Below, in pieces: positions 33,045-41,568 of a DNA stretch of 64,000 nt. The stretch is taken from NCBI GenBank assembly GCA_038153405.1, contig JAYOYH010000001.1:64156-128155 (forward strand). The letters run 5' to 3'. Source of the DNA: Gemmatimonadota bacterium (GTDB lineage: Bacteria; Latescibacterota; UBA2968; UBA8231). Position 1 is the stretch's first letter. Every line of letters begins with the position of its first letter. The translations under genes and the position numbers were made by a program. The notes under the pieces were generated by a model, which saw only the letters and a program-made list of their open reading frames with translations, did not search any database and had not been told where the DNA came from.

Positions 33045-33179
33045 ATGTCTCTACAGGTTGCGGTAGTGCCTTTTATGGCGCACGGCGACTATGCTGTTCT
33101 GGCATTGGAGACGTCTGCACCCACTACCGCGACTACGCCGACTACGCGCGCCGATAAGGCGGTGGGGCATCCGGTTTAA
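33045..33179 (+). CDS. Thr-rich leader peptide of thrS (44 aa)
   Basis: GGAGG RBS; MSLQVAVVPFMAHGDYAVLALETSAPTTATTPTTRADKAVGHPV; 7 Thr in 12 codons. Confidence 0.8.
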   Translation: MSLQVAVVPFMAHGDYAVLALETSAPTTATTPTTRADKAVGHPV

Positions 33180-33202
33180 ACTAAATCGAACGCATGCTTA
33201 CG

Positions 33203-33234
33203 ACCCACTGCCGCATGGATGGCAGTGGGTTTTT
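33203..33234 (+). terminator. Attenuator terminator upstream of thrS
   Basis: ACCCACTGCC-N8-GGCAGTGGGT-TTTT; its 5' arm can alternatively pair with GGCGGTGGG (33158-33166). Confidence 0.8.
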
Positions 33235-33257
33235 GCATGTCTATTGAGGAGCAAACC

Positions 33258-35249
33258 ATGTTGATCAACGTGCCCGAAGGGCAAGATATACAATGCGATG
33301 GCGGCGGTACATTAAAAGAGATCTTGGCCGATCGCGACAAAAATCTGTTAAAGGAATACATCGCCGCCAGAGTAGATGGAGCGCGCGTCGATTTTCACAC
33401 GCCGTTAGCCGACGATGCGCAGGTAGAGCTGATCGCGTGGGATGATCCGGAGGCGGCATGGATCTATCGCCACAGCCTTTCGCACGTATTGGCTCAGGCC
33501 GTGTTGCGGCTTTTCCCGGATGCCAAGCTGGCGATCGGACCGGCTATTGAAGATGGGTTCTACTACGACTTTGACGTCGAGCAGCCCTTTACGCCGGAAG
33601 ACCTAGCCCAAATCGAAAAGGAAATGAAGCGAGTCATCAAGCAAAACCACAAATTCGAGCGCGTCGATGTGTCGCGCGCGGAAGCTGCAGAGATGATCGC
33701 CGGGGCACCCTACAAAATGGAGCTCCTCGAGGGGCTTGAAGAGGGTCAACCGCTGTCCTTTTACAAGGACGGCGAGTTTGTCGACCTGTGCCGCGGGCCA
33801 CACATGCTGGGCACGGGTCAGGTCAAACACTTTAAACTGCTGTCGGTGGCCGGCGCCTATTGGCGCGGCGACGAAAAGCGCAAAATGCTGCAGCGCATCT
33901 ACGGCACGGCGTTTGCCACGCGCGAGGCCCTCGATGCGCACGTGAGGATGTTGGAAGAAGCAAAAAAACGCGACCACCGCGTGCTAGGTCGCCAGCTGCG
34001 CCTCTTTCACATCGACGAAGAAGTGGGGCAGGGGCTGATACTGTGGACGCCCAACGGGGCCGTCGTGCGCAATGAATTGCAAAATTTCATATCGGCCGAG
34101 CTGCGCCGTCAGGGCTACAGCCAAGTGTTTACGCCGCATATTGGCAAGCTCGACCTCTACCGCACCAGCGGTCACTTTCCCTACTATCAGGAGAGCCAGT
34201 ACCCGCCGCTGATCGATCACGATCACATGCAGGGGTTGGCAGAGGAAGGTTGCTCCTGCGGCGAATTATCTAACCAGATGAGGGCGGGGGACGTCGATGG
34301 CTATTTACTCAAGCCGATGAACTGTCCGCATCACATCAAGATCTTTGCCTCGCAGATGCACAGCTATCGCGACCTGCCGGTGCGCTTGGCCGAGTTCGGC
34401 ACCGTCTACCGCTGGGAGCAGTCGGGGGAACTGGGCGGCATGACGCGCGTGCGCGGCTTTACCCAAGACGATGCGCACCTATTCTGCACTGAAGACCAAG
34501 TAGCTGACGAACTGCTCGGCTGTTTGGAACTGGTGAAGATTATATTTGGCACGCTGGGTATGGAAGACTATCGCGTGCGCGTGGGACTGCGCGATCCCGA
34601 CAGCGGCAAATACGTCGGCGATCCAACCCAATGGGATCGCGCCGAAGAAGCCTGTCGCCAAGCGGCGAAAAGCCTGGGCGTTGCTTTCAGCGAGGAGTCC
34701 GGTGAGGCCGCCTTTTACGGACCCAAGATCGACTTTGTCGTCAAAGATGTCGTAGGGCGCGAGTGGCAGCTCGGCACCGTACAGGTCGACTACAACCTGC
34801 CCGAGCGCTTTGACTTGGCATACGTCGATGCCGAAGGCAAAGCGCAGCGCCCGGTGATGATTCACCGCGCTCCCTTTGGCTCGATGGAGCGCTTTGTCGG
34901 CGTGCTGATCGAGCACTTTGCCGGCGCCTTTCCGGTTTGGCTGGCGCCGGTGCAGGCGGTTGTTCTGCCCATCGCCGAACGCCATGCTGAATACGCCGAG
35001 GGGGTCTGCCAACAGCTGCGTGCCGCCGGGCTGCGCGCCGAACTCGATGCGGCTAACGAAACCCTCAACAAGCGCATCCGCCAGGCGCAGACGCGCAAGG
35101 TGCCCTATATGTTTATCGCCGGTGACCGCGAAGTGGAAGAAGGGCAGGTTTCCGTGCGCCTGCGCTCGGGGGACAATCTCGACCCACTGAGCGCGGCGCA
35201 GGCGGTTCAACTGCTGCGCGACAAGGTGGCGGACAAGGCGCTGACCTAA
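33258..35249 (+). CDS. thrS: Threonine--tRNA ligase
   Basis: TGS domain, RHSLSHVLA, DLCRGPH, RDHR, KPMNCPHH, RVRGFTQDDAH, AFYGPKID and HRAPFGSMERF; GAGGAG RBS. Confidence 0.97.
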   Translation: MLINVPEGQDIQCDGGGTLKEILADRDKNLLKEYIAARVDGARVDFHTPLADDAQVELIAWDDPEAAWIYRHSLSHVLAQAVLRLFPDAKLAIGPAIEDGFYYDFDVEQPFTPEDLAQIEKEMKRVIKQNHKFERVDVSRAEAAEMIAGAPYKMELLEGLEEGQPLSFYKDGEFVDLCRGPHMLGTGQVKHFKLLSVAGAYWRGDEKRKMLQRIYGTAFATREALDAHVRMLEEAKKRDHRVLGRQLRLFHIDEEVGQGLILWTPNGAVVRNELQNFISAELRRQGYSQVFTPHIGKLDLYRTSGHFPYYQESQYPPLIDHDHMQGLAEEGCSCGELSNQMRAGDVDGYLLKPMNCPHHIKIFASQMHSYRDLPVRLAEFGTVYRWEQSGELGGMTRVRGFTQDDAHLFCTEDQVADELLGCLELVKIIFGTLGMEDYRVRVGLRDPDSGKYVGDPTQWDRAEEACRQAAKSLGVAFSEESGEAAFYGPKIDFVVKDVVGREWQLGTVQVDYNLPERFDLAYVDAEGKAQRPVMIHRAPFGSMERFVGVLIEHFAGAFPVWLAPVQAVVLPIAERHAEYAEGVCQQLRAAGLRAELDAANETLNKRIRQAQTRKVPYMFIAGDREVEEGQVSVRLRSGDNLDPLSAAQAVQLLRDKVADKALT

Positions 35250-35263
35250 AAACAAAAGAGCCC

Positions 35264-36097
35264 TTACTGCGCCGTGGACCGCCGGGTTTTGGCGCGTCCC
35301 CACGTTTGGTCCTCGATCGCCGAGGGCAGCGCTATGCCCGGGCCGTCGTCGTCGCCGCCGTCGGGGGCAAACTCAGCCCAGACGGGTCGGAGCTGCGAGA
35401 TGCGTGCGGCGGCCTGCGGGTCTTCGCTGCGCTGGTCGAAAAAGTCGACCCCGTGCACTCCAGTAAACTCGCGAGTAAGGGCGTTCACCAGATATATATT
35501 GGCGCTGGCGCCGCTCTGATCCAGTGCGACGGGTATGTCCAATGGCAGCGCGTTGTGCAGCGGGGCGGCGCTGGGCGTGGGCTCGGCCAGCGAGGCAAAG
35601 AGCAGCACGTCGCCCTCGTCGGGCAGGCGCTGGCGCATGCTCTGGTAGGCCTTCTCTAACTCGGTCGCGGCGCTGGCTGCCGGTGCGCGGGTCTGGTAGT
35701 TGAGGGCGACAAAGTCGAAGTCGCCAGCGCGAAATGTGGCGTAGACTGGACGGCGTTCCGCACCAATGTCGAGAAATGCTCCCGGCGCGAGGATCTGCAC
35801 GCGGCGGTCGCGCCAGGCAAAGGCATAGCGCACCTGGTCGGCACCGGAGGGCTGCGAGGGCAGCACCTTAAAGACGTCGCCGCGGCGAAAGAGGATGGCC
35901 AGCAGCCCGTCGGCAGCGGCTAGGTCGCGTAGGTCTTGGATAGCCGCAAAGTCGTACTGTTGGATAATGTCGGCCACACCCTCCAAGTCGGAGTCCAGCG
36001 AGAGCCCGCTGGCGTGGAAAGAGGCGATGCGCAGGGGTTGGGCGGTGGCCGACAGGCTCGACAACAGCAGGACCAAGCAGCAGGTGCCAACGTTCAT
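35264..36097 (-). CDS. Secreted DNase I/EEP-fold protein, apparently catalytically inactive, with C-terminal TWGRAK tail
   Basis: Signal peptide; LRIASF, YDFAAIQD, RYAFAWR, RRPVYATFRAGDFDF, EFTG..GV and RPVWAEF scaffold; start moved to MNVGTCC. Confidence 0.7.
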   Translation of the reverse strand: MNVGTCCLVLLLSSLSATAQPLRIASFHASGLSLDSDLEGVADIIQQYDFAAIQDLRDLAAADGLLAILFRRGDVFKVLPSQPSGADQVRYAFAWRDRRVQILAPGAFLDIGAERRPVYATFRAGDFDFVALNYQTRAPAASAATELEKAYQSMRQRLPDEGDVLLFASLAEPTPSAAPLHNALPLDIPVALDQSGASANIYLVNALTREFTGVHGVDFFDQRSEDPQAAARISQLRPVWAEFAPDGGDDDGPGIALPSAIEDQTWGRAKTRRSTAQ

Positions 36098-36118
36098 TTT
36101 TTTATGGCCTTTCTCTAC

Positions 36119-36838
36119 ATGGGATTCTTCAAGAAGATAAACTATATCGCGGGTATTTTCTGGCATTTTCGCTACTATGCGCTCTGTGCTGGGTTGGCGT
36201 TGGTGTGCTGGGACACGCCCTTTATCAAACCCTTTCGCTTTTTCGTCGTTCTGGTGCACGAGGTAAACCACGCCGCCGCCGCTCTGCTGAGTGGCGGAGA
36301 GGTGGTGGAAATGCGCACCCATTGGAACGAATCGGGGCACACGCTGACGCGCGGCGGTTTCTTTCCTCTCATCAGCGCGGCCGGCTACGTCGGCTCGGCG
36401 CTATGGGGTGCGTTGCTGATCTACACCAGCCTCTATCCGCAGGCCCAGCGCCTAGCTATGCTGCTGGTCGGGGCCGTTTGCATGGCGATGACGATGAAGT
36501 ATACACCGCTGGGCGGCATCGACTTCTTTATCGGCATCGGCGGTGGGTTTGTATTGATGGCTATGGCGATCAAGTCGCAGCGCGCGGCGCGGGTGGGATC
36601 GGTGTGGATGGGCATTATGCTCTGCCTATACAGCCTGCACGACTTTCAAACCGATTTGCTCCACGTGCCCGAGCGCACCGATGCCGGTATTTTGGCCGTG
36701 TATCTGGGCATGCCGCCGGAATCGGCGTTCTTGCTCGCCTATCCCATCGCGTTTAGCTGGGTGCTATTCTCTCTTTCGGCCATGTATCGGGCGCTGCGCG
36801 CGCTGGTGCGCGAAGAAGGACGCCGGCGCAGTGCATAG
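36119..36838 (+). CDS. M50B-like membrane metallopeptidase
   Basis: LVHEVNHA (HExxH), SGHT, SAAGYVG and TDA; multiple TM segments; start uncertain (36104 or 36119). Confidence 0.8.
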   Translation: MGFFKKINYIAGIFWHFRYYALCAGLALVCWDTPFIKPFRFFVVLVHEVNHAAAALLSGGEVVEMRTHWNESGHTLTRGGFFPLISAAGYVGSALWGALLIYTSLYPQAQRLAMLLVGAVCMAMTMKYTPLGGIDFFIGIGGGFVLMAMAIKSQRAARVGSVWMGIMLCLYSLHDFQTDLLHVPERTDAGILAVYLGMPPESAFLLAYPIAFSWVLFSLSAMYRALRALVREEGRRRSA

Positions 36839-36958
36839 AAGAGGCAGCGTTGAAAGGGATAGGGCGATAGGCTAATTTAGACAGACCTGCTCGCCCTTTG
36901 CGGCCGGCAGAGCCGACCTCGCTAACGCATATAAGGGTTATTTACGGAGAGATCTGCA

Positions 36959-38728
36959 ATGAGAATGAGTCAGTTGTTCAGCACGACGCTGCGCGACATT
37001 AGCGCCGATGCCGAAGTGGCCAGCCACAAGCTGCTGCTGCGCGCCGGCTATATTCGCCAGTTGGCCAGCGGCATTTTTAGCTATTTGCCGCTGGCACAGC
37101 GCGCCCTGCGCAAGGTCGAAGACATCATCCGCGACGAAATGGATGCCATCGGCGGTCAGGAGATCACCATGCCGGTAGTGCATCCTGCTGAAATTTGGCA
37201 GCGCACCGGGCGCTACTACGCCATCGGCAGCGAGATGAGTCGCTTTAAGGACAAAAACGAACGCGATATGGTGCTGGCTATGACGCACGAGGAAGTAGTA
37301 GCCGATCTCGTTAGCCGAGAAATAAAGAGCTATCGCCAGCTGCCTCAGCTCGTCTATCAGCTGCAGACCAAGTGGCGCGACGACCCGCGGCCCCGCTCGG
37401 GGCTAATTCGCGTGCGCGAGTTCACGATGAAGGACAGCTATAGCCTCGACGCCGACTGGCAGGGGTTGGAAACGCAGTACCGCGCCCATTACCAGGCTTA
37501 TTTCAACATCTTTCGCCGCTGTGGAATAGACGCTATCGCCGTTGCCTCTGATACCGGTATGATGGGGGGCAAAGTGGCGCACGAATACATGTATCTAACG
37601 CCGATAGGCGAGGACACGCTGCTGCTGTGCGAAGGCTGCGGCTACTCGGCCAATCGGCAGATTGCCACGTTCCAGCGCTCTGCCGCCGCGGCTGAAGAAG
37701 CGCTGGATATGGAAAAGGTGGCCACGCCCGATGCCCAGACTATTGAGGAGTTGGCCCAGTTCCTCGATATCGACGCCAGCCGCACCGCCAAGGCGGTCTT
37801 TATGATGGCCACTGTAGGCGAGGGCGAGGAAGAGAAAGACCAGTTTGTGCTGGCAGTGATTCGCGGCGATATGGAGGTCAACGAAACCAAGCTGGCCAAC
37901 GCAGTGGGTGCGCGCGAAATGTGGCCGGCCAATGCCGAAGAAATTGCCTCCGTAGGTGCAGTACCCGGCTATGGTTCACCGCTGGGTGTAGAGGGAGCGC
38001 TAGTGGTCGTCGATGTGTCCATCGCCGATTCGCCCAACTTGGTTGCCGGCGCTAACGAAGCGGGCTATCACATGCGCAACGTCAACTGCGGCCGTGACTA
38101 TGAGTCGGATATAACGACGGATATTGCCGCGGCGCGGGCCGGCGACAGCTGTCCGCGCTGTGGGCAGTCGATGCACACATCGCGCGGCGTTGAAGTGGGC
38201 AATATCTTTCAGCTCGGCACCAAATATACCGAGGCGCTGGGCGGCGAGTTTCTCGATGCCAACGGCAAGGCCCAGCCGGTGATCATGGGTTCGTACGGAA
38301 TTGGCGTCGGCCGCTTGCTGGCCTGCATAGCAGAGGAACACCACGATGAGAACGGGCTGATATGGCCAATATCCATCGCGCCTTTCCAAGTGATGATTAC
38401 GCTGTTGGCCAAGGGCGCAGGGGAAGCGCAGACGGTAGCCGAAAACCTTTATGCCGATCTGCGCGCGCGCGGCTTGGAGGTGCTGTTGGACGATCGCCGG
38501 GAAAACCCTGGAGTGAAGTTTAACGACGCCGACCTGCTCGGCATACCCGTGCGCCTAACCGTTGGCGATCGCGGGTTGAAAAACGGCGTCGTCGAATTCA
38601 AACTGCGCCGCGACAGCGAGCGCAGTGAAGTCCCCGTAGAAGCGGCTGTCGAACGCACTGTGGCAGTGGTTCAGCAGCTCGAGGCCGAGCTGCGACAGCG
38701 CGTCGTCGCCGTAGCATACAGGGAGTAA
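36959..38728 (+). CDS. proS: Proline--tRNA ligase (bacterial type with INS editing domain)
   Basis: SHKLLLRAGYIRQ, MTHEE, KWRDDPRPR..LIRVREF.MKDSYS, GYGSP, EVGNIFQLG and MGSYGIGVGR. Confidence 0.97.
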   Translation: MRMSQLFSTTLRDISADAEVASHKLLLRAGYIRQLASGIFSYLPLAQRALRKVEDIIRDEMDAIGGQEITMPVVHPAEIWQRTGRYYAIGSEMSRFKDKNERDMVLAMTHEEVVADLVSREIKSYRQLPQLVYQLQTKWRDDPRPRSGLIRVREFTMKDSYSLDADWQGLETQYRAHYQAYFNIFRRCGIDAIAVASDTGMMGGKVAHEYMYLTPIGEDTLLLCEGCGYSANRQIATFQRSAAAAEEALDMEKVATPDAQTIEELAQFLDIDASRTAKAVFMMATVGEGEEEKDQFVLAVIRGDMEVNETKLANAVGAREMWPANAEEIASVGAVPGYGSPLGVEGALVVVDVSIADSPNLVAGANEAGYHMRNVNCGRDYESDITTDIAAARAGDSCPRCGQSMHTSRGVEVGNIFQLGTKYTEALGGEFLDANGKAQPVIMGSYGIGVGRLLACIAEEHHDENGLIWPISIAPFQVMITLLAKGAGEAQTVAENLYADLRARGLEVLLDDRRENPGVKFNDADLLGIPVRLTVGDRGLKNGVVEFKLRRDSERSEVPVEAAVERTVAVVQQLEAELRQRVVAVAYRE

Positions 38729-38731
38729 GTC

Positions 38732-39367
38732 ATGCCGATATTCCGCAGTGGAGCGGGACGCATTCCGACTTGGTGCCAGATGCAGCACTACGATATTGTG
38801 CGCCTCGAGCCCGGACAGGACCAGCACTACGCGCGCAGTGGGGTGATGGAAAAGCTCATCGTCGGCAAGGGATGTGGCCTCTTGCGCGTGGGGGGGCATT
38901 CGGTGGTTGTCGAGGAGGGGGCCAATTTAGACATCGGGCCTGGCGATGCGCCCTTTGTAGTTCTTTCGGTAGAGGAGCCTATGGTGCTGGTGCGGATGTG
39001 CGGTGAATGGGGCAACCAGTGCGGCGGCTCGGGGCTATTTCGCGGCGTTCACTCGGATGCACCGCAGGACAAAGGCGATGCCGTAGACTATGAGAAATTC
39101 ACCAATTTTGACAGCCACTATCACGACTGCGACGAGTATTGGATTCTCTACGAGGGACGCGCTACGGTCGTCACTGAAGGGCAGATGTACGACGTTGAGG
39201 CCGGCGATTGCGTGGCGACGGGCATGGGCTTTCACCACGATATGGCGCGCGTTCACGAACCGGTGCGCGCCGTTTTCTTCGAAACCACATTAGAGGGCCA
39301 ACAGCGATGCGGACACCTGTGGAACCACACGCACGGGATTGCCCAACCGCAGCTCGAACGCGTGTAG
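38732..39367 (+). CDS. Cupin-domain protein
   Basis: HYHDCDEYW and G.HHD metal-binding cupin motifs; 3 nt after proS. Confidence 0.75.
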   Translation: MPIFRSGAGRIPTWCQMQHYDIVRLEPGQDQHYARSGVMEKLIVGKGCGLLRVGGHSVVVEEGANLDIGPGDAPFVVLSVEEPMVLVRMCGEWGNQCGGSGLFRGVHSDAPQDKGDAVDYEKFTNFDSHYHDCDEYWILYEGRATVVTEGQMYDVEAGDCVATGMGFHHDMARVHEPVRAVFFETTLEGQQRCGHLWNHTHGIAQPQLERV

Positions 39368-39416
39368 GCCTGCTATTTGCCTATTTGCCGAGCGGGTGTT
39401 AGCCCGTTGCGCGCGC

Positions 39417-40115
39417 CTACTGTTCCCATTCTTCTTCCGGCACGATTGCAATGTCCTGCGGTTGGTAGCCGATGACGCGCTTGCCGTGTTCCATATCGTA
39501 CAGCGGCCAGTTGCTACCCGAAACGCCGAAGACGACTTCGTAACCGACGTTGGGGTGGGTTATGGCGCATTCGAATACGCGCACGCAGTCGCCGTGGCTG
39601 AGGTGATGCGGATGCTCCGGCCGGTCGCGCTCTGCGCTGAAGTTGCCGATGCGCACGCAGACGATTTCCATATCGTACTTCTGGACGTAGGAATAGGCCA
39701 GCGACTCGCCAAAGACCTTGCTAATGGTATAATGGCCGACGGGACGTGGGACCATTTCGACGGTGCGCGTCAGTCGTTTGGAATAGGGGCTCAGAACGCC
39801 GGCTCGACTGGCGTAGGCTATGCGTTTGACGCCGTGCAGGCGCGCCGCTTCAAAGACGTGGTAGGTCCCGACGAAATTGCTCTGCAAGAGGGCATCCCAG
39901 TCGTCGCCGCCGGGTAGGCCGCCGAGGTGAACGATGGCGTCCATGCCCTCGACGGCCTGCTGCACCGCGGCGAAATCGTTCAGGTCGGAAACAACCTGAT
40001 CTTCGAGGTCGGGAATGGCGACGCGGTCGTGTCCGCGCACGCTGTGGTTGTTTTGCAATCCGCGCACGACGCACTGGCCGACGCGCCCGGCAGCACCGGT
40101 CACTAAAACGCGCAT
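39417..40115 (-). CDS. NAD-dependent epimerase/dehydratase, uronate dehydrogenase-like
   Basis: TGAAGRVG, VHLGG, YTISKVFGE, RIG and GYQPQD. Confidence 0.8.
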   Translation of the reverse strand: MRVLVTGAAGRVGQCVVRGLQNNHSVRGHDRVAIPDLEDQVVSDLNDFAAVQQAVEGMDAIVHLGGLPGGDDWDALLQSNFVGTYHVFEAARLHGVKRIAYASRAGVLSPYSKRLTRTVEMVPRPVGHYTISKVFGESLAYSYVQKYDMEIVCVRIGNFSAERDRPEHPHHLSHGDCVRVFECAITHPNVGYEVVFGVSGSNWPLYDMEHGKRVIGYQPQDIAIVPEEEWEQ

Positions 40116-40134
40116 GGATCCCTCCTATAGTGTC

Positions 40135-41301
40135 TCAAGCCGGATGCAGGACGAGCAGCGGCGCTTCCGCTGGACAGCCCAGGCGAAAGGGCAGCCAGTG
40201 CCCGAGGCCCGAAGTCGTGTAGAGTTGACCGGCATCCTGGCGGTAATGCCCCCAAATATAGCGATCGGGTAGCAGCGAGTCGAAGAGGCTGCGACCGCCG
40301 ACGCCGATTTGGAAGCCGTGCGTATGTCCAGCCAGGGTCAGGTCGACGCCTAGAGGCGTCGCATAGTCAAAGGCCTGTGGGCGATGGCTGAGCAATAGGT
40401 TGAAGCTGTCGGTTGGCGCTCCCTCCATGGCTTGCTCTACCGATGAGCGCAGATAGGCATGCGATTCGGGGCTATTTAAATAGCGCGGGTCATCGGCTGC
40501 GGCAACGTGCAAGTTCACATCGCCCACTGCGATAGACCTACCCTCGTTGACTAAGAGCGGTAGCGATGTCTGGGCGAAGAGCGTGCGCACGCGGCGTATG
40601 CCGCGGTGGTACTCGTGGTTGCCGAGCGAACAGTAGGTTCCCAAGCGCGTGGGAAAGGCGTCGAGCAGGCGCAGTGCGCTCAGATAGTCCGGCATGTGAT
40701 CGCACAGATCACCGGTGATCAGCAGGAGATCTGGGCGCAGCCTCTCGCCGCGCAGAAGCACCTCCTCTAGGTCGTCTAGGCCGACGTAAGGGCCAATGTG
40801 GATATCGCTGATATGCAGAATGCGCAGCCCGTGCAGTGGGCGGGGTAGGTCGGTGAAATAGAGGTCGACCTGTGGCATGGTGACCGGAGCGCCGGACCGC
40901 GCTAAACCACAGGAGACGCCGCCCATGCCCGCTGCGGGTACGGCGACGAGCACGCGATTAAAAAAGGCCCGCCGCGCAGGCGAAAGAGGCGGAGTTAGAC
41001 GCTGGCGAATTGACCGTGCAAGCAGGAGCGGAGCCGCTGCGAGCAAGGCGATGAGTAGGCCGCCGAGGTAGAGGAAAAGGGCGACCAGAACGCTCCAGCC
41101 AATAGCCTGTGCACCATAGAGTGGGCTGGTGCGACCGACGATCCACAGCGCGCCGCTGAGCAAGGCAATCGGCAATTGGCCGTAGAGCGCATAGCGCAAC
41201 CAGCGGTGTTCCCACCAACTGCGATAGAGCGAACGCAATAGGGCTAAATCGAGGGCCAAGACGAGTGCATAGAGTCCGAAAAAGGTCAGAACAAAGCGCA
41301 T
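40135..41301 (-). CDS. Membrane-anchored metallophosphoesterase (YkuE-like)
   Basis: N-terminal TMs; SDIH, TGD, LGNHE, SHRP, AGHTHG and SGLG. Confidence 0.9.
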   Translation of the reverse strand: MRFVLTFFGLYALVLALDLALLRSLYRSWWEHRWLRYALYGQLPIALLSGALWIVGRTSPLYGAQAIGWSVLVALFLYLGGLLIALLAAAPLLLARSIRQRLTPPLSPARRAFFNRVLVAVPAAGMGGVSCGLARSGAPVTMPQVDLYFTDLPRPLHGLRILHISDIHIGPYVGLDDLEEVLLRGERLRPDLLLITGDLCDHMPDYLSALRLLDAFPTRLGTYCSLGNHEYHRGIRRVRTLFAQTSLPLLVNEGRSIAVGDVNLHVAAADDPRYLNSPESHAYLRSSVEQAMEGAPTDSFNLLLSHRPQAFDYATPLGVDLTLAGHTHGFQIGVGGRSLFDSLLPDRYIWGHYRQDAGQLYTTSGLGHWLPFRLGCPAEAPLLVLHPA

Positions 41302-41568
41302 GGCCTATGGCATTTGATTGGAGAATAGAGATATTTTATCGCAGCGCACCGCGCGCCGTTTCGTATAGGGTATGCATAATCGCGCCGATGGCAAGGGGGC
41401 AAGGCGGGACAATTGATTAACCTGCGGTACCATGGTCCAATTTGCCAGATTTTTTGCAGTGGCGAATGGGGAGATTTTTATGTTTTTTTTGTTAAAACAA
41501 ACCGATAGAAGGCGTTTACCCAAGTCGGAAGTGCGCAGTAAATAGCGCACCTAGATTGCCATCGATAA

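Noticed and set aside
33010..33257. T-box riboswitch upstream of thrS
   Set aside because: No T-box bulge (TGGNACC) consensus; a leader-peptide model explains the region.
36839..36958. Attenuator or leader upstream of proS
   Set aside because: No Pro-rich uORF and no terminator hairpin.
41478..41568. Sigma28 promoter for fapA (ACCGATAG at 41501; ATCGATAA at 41561)
   Set aside because: The -10-like elements lack a TAAA at the right spacing, and the second abuts the start codon.
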